A stretch of 64,000 nt of DNA, taken from positions 416,001-480,000 of the forward strand of contig CAWBGA010000017.1 of the NCBI GenBank assembly GCA_963788195.1, read 5' to 3'. The DNA is from Nitrospirota bacterium (GTDB lineage: Bacteria; Nitrospirota; Nitrospiria; Nitrospirales; NS-4). Every line of letters starts with the position of its first letter. Positions within the stretch are counted from its first letter, which is position 1. The position numbers and the translations under genes are program-made. Positions 20,898-28,919 of this stretch are shown here, one piece after another. Under the pieces are notes generated by a model. The model had not been told where the DNA came from and ran no database searches. It saw only the letters and a program-made list of their open reading frames with translations.

Positions 20898-22139
20898 TTA
20901 CCGGTGCGAGGTCCTGGCCGGAACCGGACGAGCAGGTCTGTATCCAGAAGGCCGTCCCGGCCTGCCGTTTGACTCACGAGGGCCGGATGGCCTGAAGGTC
21001 GCCACGGCAGCCTCCGGACTCCCGACTGCAAGAGGAACCCGTTGCCCCAATAGTTTCTCAATCGCCCGCAGACCGCCATGATCATCAGTGGTCACAAAAC
21101 TAGTGGCCCGGCCGAGCGCTTTCATACGCGCCGTCCGTCCAATGCGATGGACATAGTCTTCCGGCGAATTCGGCATGTCGAAATTGACGACGTGCCCGAT
21201 GTTCGCGACGTCGATGCCGCGCGCCGCTATATCGGTGGCGACCAGAACCCGGTGTATGCCGCGTTTGAAACCTTCCAGCGCCGCCCGTCTCTGCGGAAGA
21301 CTGCGGTCGCCATGGATGACGGCGACCTTATGGCCTGCGCTGCCCAGGGCTCTCATGAGACGATCGGCGCGATGCTTGGTCCGGGTGAAGACCAGGACGG
21401 ACTCCTGATCCTGTCCTAATAGGTGGATCAATAGCTTGGTCTTGTCGTCATGGGTGGTATGATGCAACGCCTGCGTGACGCCCCCCGCCGCACTGGCCGG
21501 CTTGTCCGCCATGATGCGGACGGGATCTTTGACGCTCGCCCGCGCAAGGTCTTTAAGATCCGCCGGCATCGTGGCCGAGAACAATAAGGTTTGCCTCTCT
21601 TCAGGCAATGCCTGCAAGATCTGGTTGATCTGGGGGGCGAAGCCCATGTCCAGCATGCGGTCCGCCTCGTCCAACACCAGGATCTTGATCGAGGTCAGGC
21701 TGATTGTGCCGTTCCACATATGGTCCAGCAGACGCCCCGGCGTCGCGACAATGATCTCCGGGCGCTGACGCAGCCCGCGAACTTGCGCGTTCATGTCGGC
21801 GCCTCCCACAACGGTCGTAGCGAACACGCGGCGGCTGCGACCGAACTTATCGATTGCCTCCTGGGTCTGAATTGCCAACTCGCGCGTCGGCGCCAAGATG
21901 AGCGCCAGCGGATGTCCTTTCGGCATGGCGGCGAGTCGCTCGATCATAGGAATCACGAATGCTGCTGTCTTACCGGTTCCGGTTTGCGCGCAGCCGAGGA
22001 CGTCCCGACCTAGAAGCGCGGGGGGAATGGCACCCATCTGGATGGGCGTAGGTTCGGTGAATCCTGCCTTGGTGAGGTCTCGCAAGATCGCGTCAGACAA
22101 ACCAAGGGAGTGAAAACTGTTAGTGACAGTCGTGTGCAC
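20898..22139 (-). CDS. DEAD-box RNA helicase (RhlE-like)
   Basis: AQTGTGKT, PTRELA, TPGRLLD, DEADRMLDMGF, SAT, ARGID, HRIGRTAR. Confidence 0.96.
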   Translation of the reverse strand: MHTTVTNSFHSLGLSDAILRDLTKAGFTEPTPIQMGAIPPALLGRDVLGCAQTGTGKTAAFVIPMIERLAAMPKGHPLALILAPTRELAIQTQEAIDKFGRSRRVFATTVVGGADMNAQVRGLRQRPEIIVATPGRLLDHMWNGTISLTSIKILVLDEADRMLDMGFAPQINQILQALPEERQTLLFSATMPADLKDLARASVKDPVRIMADKPASAAGGVTQALHHTTHDDKTKLLIHLLGQDQESVLVFTRTKHRADRLMRALGSAGHKVAVIHGDRSLPQRRAALEGFKRGIHRVLVATDIAARGIDVANIGHVVNFDMPNSPEDYVHRIGRTARMKALGRATSFVTTDDHGGLRAIEKLLGQRVPLAVGSPEAAVATFRPSGPRESNGRPGRPSGYRPARPVPARTSHR

Positions 22140-22299
22140 AGAAAAATCCTTTCGTTTAGGATCGCATTGTCACGGGGTCAGAGAACGAGGCAGGATCAGG
22201 AAGGAGTCCGCTCCGAACAGGACCTGTCGCGATGCGATCGCGGGTCCGAGTGTTAGTGGTCGTCACCGGCCGGACCGTCACCGATGACAATGAGGCTTG

Positions 22300-22328
22300 A
22301 CTATACAGGTAAATACCGTGGTTGTCAA
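22300..22328 (-). promoter_or_regulatory. Sigma70-type promoter of the DEAD-box helicase, giving a ~150-nt leader
   Basis: Minus strand TTGACA-N17-TATAGT. Confidence 0.75.
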
Positions 22329-22371
22329 ATGTCCTTCCCGTTATACTGAGGGACCGTACAGGAGAGATTTC

Positions 22372-22737
22372 ATGCAGTTTCTGTGGATGACGCTCATTGT
22401 CGCCTTCCGAGTGCTCGGGCGGCACCGCCTGCGGTCAGCGCTGACGATGCTAGGTATGGTCATCGGGGTTGCCGCGGTCATTGCCATGGTAAGTATCGGA
22501 GAAGGCGCCAAAGCGGCGGTGCAGGCTCAGTTGGCGACATTCGGGACGAATGTCATTATCGTGCTGCCCGGGGCCAGCAGCGTAGCCTCACAGATTGCAG
22601 GCTGGCCGACGATTGTTCCGATGAGTGTGATAGCAGGCGCCTTCGCCTTCTTGGGAATCGTGGGTGTCTTCTTTGGGTTGTATCCTGCCAACAAGGCCTC
22701 CTTGCTGAATCCCATGAAAGCCATTCGTCAGGAGTGA
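22372..22737 (+). pseudogene. Internally deleted MacB/FtsX-type ABC permease (N- and C-termini fused in frame, 121 aa)
   Basis: RSALTMLGMVIGVAAVIAMVSIGEGAK...GTNVIIVLPG joined directly to ...VGVFFGLYPANKASLLNPMKAIRQE; no ATPase or MFP gene nearby. Confidence 0.75.
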
Positions 22738-22748
22738 GCGACGGTGGC

Positions 22749-22997
22749 CTAGAAGCCTTCGGAGCGATGGCATCGAAAGCAATCCTGTCGCCTGGGATGC
22801 CGGGAGGACAGCGGGTACACTCCGGTGGGAGTATGACAGGCTACACACTGCTTTTCGGACTTGATCTGCCGGTGGGCGAAGTCCCCTGGCACTCGCGGAT
22901 TGTTATCGCGGGGGGTGGGAAGCAACGTGAGGAAGAAAATGACGGCGAGCGCCAATCCTATGAAGACGAAATCGGACTTCCTAGGCCGAAATTTCAT
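22749..22997 (-). CDS. Small membrane-anchored dihaem cytochrome c (82 aa)
   Basis: N-terminal hydrophobic helix, CVACH and CFRCH motifs, additional His residues (FAHR, RHP). Confidence 0.8.
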   Translation of the reverse strand: MKFRPRKSDFVFIGLALAVIFFLTLLPTPRDNNPRVPGDFAHRQIKSEKQCVACHTPTGVYPLSSRHPRRQDCFRCHRSEGF

Positions 22998-23008
22998 TAA
23001 CGTGGCCT

Positions 23009-23102
23009 TTCGACAAGTTCAGGGCGAACGGTTTTAGAATCCCCCGGCACCTGACGCGTTGCTGCCGCGTCCGCTTTCCCCGTTCGTGCTGAGCATGTCG
23101 AA
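23009..23102. repeat. Imperfect 23-bp inverted repeat pair (REP-like element)
   Basis: ttcgacaagttcagggcgaacgg (23009-23031) / ccgttcgtgctgagcatgtcgaa (23080-23102). Confidence 0.75.
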
Positions 23103-23136
23103 GCACCGCCAGCAATTTCTGCGTTCCTCGCTGCCG

Positions 23137-26028
23137 TCAAGACCGATACGCCTGTGCCAACAATTCCGCAATGTGGCGAACTTCGACTTCGCCCCGCAGC
23201 CCGTTTTTCAACTGAATCATACAGGCGGGACAGGAGGTCGCCACGATCTCAGCGCCGCTGTCTCGAATGGCCTCGCGTTTTCGCTCGAAAATCCTCTGGG
23301 ACGTCTCATAGTCTTTTACAAGAAAGGTGCCGGCGCCTCCCGCGCACCGTTCGGCGTCTCTCATCTCGACGAATTGAAGGCCCGGAATCCGCCGGAGAAG
23401 CTCCCGGGGCTGAGCGCTCACCCCTGCCGCTCTCAAATGGCAAGACGAATGGTAGGTCACCTTCTTGGGGATCTCGCGAGAAGGCCCGTTCTTCAGGCCC
23501 CTGCCGGAGAGAAATTCCGAAATATGCCGGACTTTACCGGCGATCGACTCCGCCTCGAGACGGTCCCGGCCGGAAAACCATTTCGGGTAATCCTTCAACG
23601 CCAAGGTGCAGGACGCGCAGCCCGTCACGACAGTCTCGAAGCGCGCAAGCGACTCAATATTGAACCGGGCGTATGTTTTGACGCGCTCGACATGGCCGTA
23701 GGTTTCAATCGGGGTGCCGGAGCAACGCTGGCGAGGCAAAACGGGTTCGACACCATTGCGGCGCAAAACTTCGATGACCGCGTCCCCCACGCCGTCCTGA
23801 AAGTAGTTCGCCGCGCACCCGTGGAAATAGGCAACCGGCCCATCGTGTCCCTGCTCCTCAGTCAGGTCGGCATGGCGCTCCCGCAGCAGGCGATAGGCCA
23901 AGCGTGGCAACACCATGTCAGCCGGCAGCCGGGCTGTTTCGGCGAGTTGGCGCAGGATCGGCCTCACCGCCCGCTCGAGCAGACGCCGCGGCAGAGGCCG
24001 GTCCCATAGCCTCTGCGTCCGGGCCAGCAGCTTGAGCAGCGGCTCAAAGAGCCAGGGTTGGCCCTGGAGGGCAAAGATCATCCCCGCGAGCATGTTGGGG
24101 TGTTCCGCCCGCTTCTGCATAATAAGCTCGGAGACGTCCACCCCCGCCGGACAGATCGTCCGGCAGGACTTGCAATTGACACAGGCGTCCACCACCCGCT
24201 TTGAATTCAAATAGTCGTATCCCGGAGACGTGACGATCTCAAACCATCCGCGCGAACTCATGTCTTCGGATTGAAACACATCATAGACGGGGCAGACGGA
24301 GTTGCACTTGGCGCAGGTGGCGCAAGGCTTGGAGAGCCGAACATAGTCGATATGCTCGGTAAAGGCCGTTCTGCTGATCTTGACGCCGGGATTAAAGATG
24401 TTCTTCGGATCAAAAGCTGTCTTCACCTGCTCAAACAAGCGGTAGAGTTCCTCGCCGAAGAATCGCGGCACAAACTCTGCGCGCACACGCCCATCTCCGT
24501 GCTCACCGCAGATCGATCCACCAAAACGCGAAATGATGGTGCTGTGGATCTCGTGGTAACCCGCCACCATACGCTCGAAATCCTTCGGATCGTTGAGATC
24601 GAGCAGGGGGACAATGTGGGCGTTTCCGTTTCCGATGTGCCCGAAGATGGCGACATTCACGTCCTGGCCCTTGAAGAACTCCGAGAGGTATCTCACCAGC
24701 TCGGCAATCCGGTCGGCCGCCACGACCACGTCGTCCACATAATTGATCGGTTTCTTCTTGCCATCATAGCGGTACAGGGTAGGGTACAGGGCGTTACGTG
24801 CCTTCCACAGTTGATCTTGATGCTCTCTTTCAACGGCAATCGTGGGGTCCTGGCACAATCGATATTTGCGGCAGACCGCCTTGACGGCTTCCAACATCGC
24901 CGCAATAGGCGTTTCGCCGGCATCGAATTCAGCAAGCAAGGTTGCTGCGGCGTCAGCCGGCACGGCGTGGGCGGCGCGGCCGATGAGATTGAGGGTATTC
25001 GCATCCATGACCTCGAGCGCCATCGGGGCTAAAGGCAGCAGGTCGAAGACCGCCGCGCCGACGTCATCGAGGTACTGAAAATGGATCAGCGCCGTCGCGG
25101 TCACCTTGGGCCGCTTGACCAGCTTCACCGTGGCCTCGGTGATCACACCAAGTGTGCCTTCGCTTCCGACAAACAACTTCGGAAGATCGACGATTCCCTG
25201 GTCGAGACCGTCCGCCAGGCCGAAGAGATTGTAGCCGGTGCTGTTCTTCGTCACCGTGGGCTTTTTACTATGGATGAGGCCGGCGTTCTGTCGAACAAGG
25301 GCGATCGTCTGGGTCAGCCCCTGGTGACTCGCAAGCAGGCGCTCGGTCATCGGATCGCCATCAGCCAGAGCCTCGGCGGTGAGACATGTGCCATTGTCGA
25401 GATGAAGGCGGATCGCATGGACATTGTCTTTGACGGAGCCGTAACGCAAGCGTATGCGGTCCCGCCGAATTGTTTGACAGCATCCCTCCAAGCTTGCACA
25501 TGTCGCGGCTGGAGGGATCCGGACCGAACATCAGGCCGTGGGGCTCGAGCTTTTTGTTGAATTCGGTGAGATTCAGCCCTGGCTGGATACGGGCCCAGCA
25601 TTCTTCAACATTTAGCTCGAGGAGCTGTCTCATGCCGCCGCAGTCGAGAATGATCCCCGCCCCGACGGCCGAGCCCGTGAGGTTTGTTCCGGCCGCGCGC
25701 GGGGTAATCGGCACCCCGGTCTCCAAGGCATAGGCCACGGTTGCGGCAATGTCATCCTCGGTCTGTGCCAGCACGACCGCCTGGGGCGCAATCTTATAGA
25801 TGCTGGCGTCGACCGAGTAGGCCGTAATTGTCGGAAAGTCGTCTTTGACCTTGTCGGCGCCCAACCTGCGGCGAAGGTCCGAGCCGACACTGCTGGATCG
25901 ATCCGGAAGGATCAGCGCGGGGGAAAAGGAGGAAGCTGTCTTGGCAGGTTCCAGGGTGGGCGGGTGCATCGGGTCAAGGGTCGGTCTCGGCCGACCCGGG
26001 GTGGGCGGGTGCACGGGGATTCACTCAT
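23137..26028 (-). CDS. FAD-linked oxidoreductase fused to 4Fe-4S and CCG domains (GlcD/GlcF-like D-2-hydroxyacid dehydrogenase), frameshift ~25455
   Basis: PRAAGTNLTG, PDPSS, NNSAG, GSEGTLG, GEHGDG, CATCAKCNSVCP, CVNCKSCRTICP, CSG/CAG motifs; start uncertain (26028/26014/25969). Confidence 0.9.
25920..26014 (-). repeat. Two hairpin-repeat units at the 5' end of the oxidoreductase gene
   Basis: Minus strand gtgcacccgcccaccccgggtcggccgagaccgaccctt...atgcacccgcccaccctggaacctgccaagacagcttcc; first unit nearly identical to the unit at 5727. Confidence 0.92.
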
Positions 26029-26094
26029 GAAGGCTTCTGCGGAAGCGGGTCATGCTCAAATTGTACGAGAGACGTACGCCTGCGGCAAGCGGAC

Positions 26095-27498
26095 TCAGGA
26101 GGCCCGGCGCTGGGACGGGTGGGCGTGATCCTCCAAGGCGAGCTCGACGATGCGTTCTTCGGAGAGTCCAAGACCATGGTAATGCACGTAATGGCGATCC
26201 ATCGCCTCTGGATACCCGTGAGAGGGCAATGCCTCCTCCCGAAGTTGCTTCACGCGATCAAGGATACGTTTCACCGAATCGGGGGTGATCTCGACGCCAT
26301 ATTGCCTGAGAGTGTCACCGTGCTTGCTGAGGACCGCTTCGACGGCGGCCGCCCCGCTGTGCTTGCCGAAGACAAACCGCTGCTCCCCGCCGACCGATTC
26401 TTCGGAGATGAATTGATAGATAGCCGGGTGGATCGCGATAGCCGCAGTGTGAATGCCGGATTCGTGTTTGAAGACGCCTTCCCCGACAACCGGCTCATGA
26501 GGCTGGAGTGGGACCCCGGAATAGAGCTCAACCTTGCGACGCAGATCGGTCAACAGTTCGTATCGGAACCCAGGGATGACGACGCCATAAAGCATTTTCA
26601 AGACCATGACCAGTTCGTGAAGCGGGGTATTGCCGGCGCGCTCCCCGATCCCGTTCGCCGTAACCCCTGCATACAGGGCGCCGTGATGCAAGGCCCGGAC
26701 CGTATTAATGGCGCCCAGACCAAAGTCGTTATGGAAATGCGCAGTCAGAGGAACCTTGCCCAGGACTTTCACCAGCCTGGGAATATAATGATCCACCGCC
26801 TCCGGCGTGAAGACCCCGCAGGTGTCCGAAAAGCACATACGGGTTCCCCCGGCCGCAACGCACGCCGTGGCCCAGACTTCTCCATAGGCCAGGTCGGAGC
26901 GCGAGGCGTCTTCGGCCGCAAATTCGACACGCGAGAAACCCTGGTCACGGGCGTATCCGATGGCGCCCGTAATAAGACGAATATTTTGCTCCCGATAAAA
27001 TTCGAGCGGGCGATCCAGCCACTGATCTTCAGCCTGCCCCGCCTGACGAAGGAGGGTTCTGCCGAGCTTGTATTTGAGATGCAGGTCGGACAGGGTGGAC
27101 AGCAGGAGAACACTCACATCATCAGGCTTCGCGCCAATCGCCGTAACCGTGCTCACGACGGCATCGATATCCTCCTTGACGCTGCGGCACATTGCGAGGA
27201 TCTCGATATCCCCACGGATCTTCCCCTGACGTTGCGCTGTCACAATGAGCTGCAGCGCGCGTCGGTCCGACTCCGAGACGGCCGGAAAGGCGGGGTCGAT
27301 CACATGGACCCCGATCTCCGACAGCAGACAGGCCAGTTCGAGTTTCTGCTCCGGGGAAAACGCCACCCCAGGCATCTGTTCACCGTCGCGCAGCGTATCG
27401 TCATAGATGCGGATCTGGGCGGGATCCGGAAACTGCACATGCTGCGTAAATTGAGTAGGTGGAACGGCGAGGCGCTCTAGCGGCTCTCGAAGATTCAT
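26095..27498 (-). CDS. DRE-TIM acyl-CoA condensing enzyme (homocitrate/isopropylmalate/citramalate synthase family), no regulatory domain
   Basis: DDTLRDGEQMPG, HFHNDFGLG, GIGERAGN, HESGIH, GKHSG. Confidence 0.88.
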   Translation of the reverse strand: MNLREPLERLAVPPTQFTQHVQFPDPAQIRIYDDTLRDGEQMPGVAFSPEQKLELACLLSEIGVHVIDPAFPAVSESDRRALQLIVTAQRQGKIRGDIEILAMCRSVKEDIDAVVSTVTAIGAKPDDVSVLLLSTLSDLHLKYKLGRTLLRQAGQAEDQWLDRPLEFYREQNIRLITGAIGYARDQGFSRVEFAAEDASRSDLAYGEVWATACVAAGGTRMCFSDTCGVFTPEAVDHYIPRLVKVLGKVPLTAHFHNDFGLGAINTVRALHHGALYAGVTANGIGERAGNTPLHELVMVLKMLYGVVIPGFRYELLTDLRRKVELYSGVPLQPHEPVVGEGVFKHESGIHTAAIAIHPAIYQFISEESVGGEQRFVFGKHSGAAAVEAVLSKHGDTLRQYGVEITPDSVKRILDRVKQLREEALPSHGYPEAMDRHYVHYHGLGLSEERIVELALEDHAHPSQRRAS

Positions 27499-27551
27499 GG
27501 GTCGGAATTGTACATGAACCGCCGCAGTTGCGCCAGTTCCGCCGGACGGGC

Positions 27552-27899
27552 TTAGAAGAGCAGTTTTATGTTGGAAACGAATTCGTTCAGAGTCGACTTG
27601 AGAGGGTTGGAAGAGCTGGCCAACTTGGCTGCGCGGGCGGCAGTTTCCTTGTCGCGGTAAAAGACCCCTGCTGACTCGGCAAAGCGCTTCATGACGTCGA
27701 CTTCGTCGAGACGAAGGTAGCGGGCATAGGTCCTGACGTAGGATTTTGCCACGGTCTCGGGAGGAAGTTTTGCATAGTTTTCGCCCTCTATGGCTTCAAG
27801 GTGTCCGGGGCCAATACGGGTGTAAAGGGTGATATCGCGAAGACCGTACCCTTTCTCTATTCTCATCCGTTTGAGATACTGCCCCAACGACTCTTCCAT
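27552..27899 (-). CDS. RodZ-like helix-turn-helix (HTH_25) protein, without TM/periplasmic part
   Basis: SLGQYLKRMR..KGYGL..I...TRI....LEAIE.ENY.KLP...KSYVRTYARYL. Confidence 0.8.
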   Translation of the reverse strand: MEESLGQYLKRMRIEKGYGLRDITLYTRIGPGHLEAIEGENYAKLPPETVAKSYVRTYARYLRLDEVDVMKRFAESAGVFYRDKETAARAAKLASSSNPLKSTLNEFVSNIKLLF

Positions 27900-28114
27900 G
27901 AAGTTTCCCTTCTGTGTTGCTCGGCTGATTCCCTATCAATTCAGGGATGTCACCCTTAATATCGGCGGTACGCTCTGAAACTTGAATCGGCACGGTACAT
28001 TTCCAGGGCACCCGGATTCCTTTGGATGACCGGCATGACAGTTTGGGACAGCGGTGGCCTTTGTTGCCGCGGTCCTGCCTGCAATCGCTTTGCGGACCGG
28101 GAGTCTGAGCCCCC

Positions 28115-28864
28115 TTATTCCGCCGGCGATCTCAGTCCCTTGTGCAGCTTGACCGGCTGCCGCTTCCTGCGCAGCCGGAGATTGAGCATTTCCACCGCCA
28201 CGGAAAAGGCCATGGCGAAATAGATGTAGCCCTTCGGAATCTGCATTTCGAGTCCTTCGCCGATGAGGGCCATGCCGACCAGGAGCAGGAACGAGAGCGC
28301 TAGCATCTTGATGGTCGGATGGGTGTCGACGAAGTCGCCGATCGGGCGGGCGGCGAACATCATGACGCCCACCGCGATGACGATGGCGAGCACCATCACG
28401 GAAATTTGGCTGACCATTCCGACCGCTGTAATCACTGAGTCCAGCGAGAACACAATGTCGATGATGGCGATCTGGATCAAGGTGCCGAAGAAATCGGCAT
28501 GCTTGGGCGTCCCGGGGTCGTGCCCGCCCGCGCCCTCGAGAGAGTTGTGGATCTCCATGACCGATTTGGCAAGCAAAAACAGTCCGCCGCCGATCAGGAT
28601 CACATCGCGGCCGGAGATTTCATGGGCGAAGACGGAGAACAGCGTGCCAGTCAGACGCATCATCCAGGCGAGCGACAACAGCAAGGCTATGCGGGTCAAC
28701 ATCGCGAGGCCCAGGCCGATCACCCGCGCCCGTTGGCGCTTCGCCGGCGGCAAACGGCTGACGAGAATGGAGATGAAAATAATATTGTCCACCCCGAGCA
28801 CGATTTCGAGTGCGGTAAGGCTGAGCAGCGCTATCCAGACTTCAGGCAGAGCTAACCAATCCAT
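28115..28864 (-). CDS. TerC-family integral membrane protein
   Basis: LEIVLGVDN, GLGLAMLTRI, DIVFSLDSVITAVG, KGYIYFAMAFS. Confidence 0.93.
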   Translation of the reverse strand: MDWLALPEVWIALLSLTALEIVLGVDNIIFISILVSRLPPAKRQRARVIGLGLAMLTRIALLLSLAWMMRLTGTLFSVFAHEISGRDVILIGGGLFLLAKSVMEIHNSLEGAGGHDPGTPKHADFFGTLIQIAIIDIVFSLDSVITAVGMVSQISVMVLAIVIAVGVMMFAARPIGDFVDTHPTIKMLALSFLLLVGMALIGEGLEMQIPKGYIYFAMAFSVAVEMLNLRLRRKRQPVKLHKGLRSPAE

Positions 28865-28919
28865 GAGTACTCCTTCAGCAAGGCTGTTCAATTGCCGATA
28901 CTAGATGAACCCTGGCGCC

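Noticed and set aside
26119..27480. 453-aa plus-strand ORF (similarly 23059..24009, 24271..25032 and other long antisense ORFs)
   Set aside because: Antisense shadows of well-supported genes in GC-rich DNA, with no motifs of their own
28865..28919. yybP-ykoY manganese riboswitch upstream of terC
   Set aside because: Only about 55 bp of intergenic space and no recognisable aptamer
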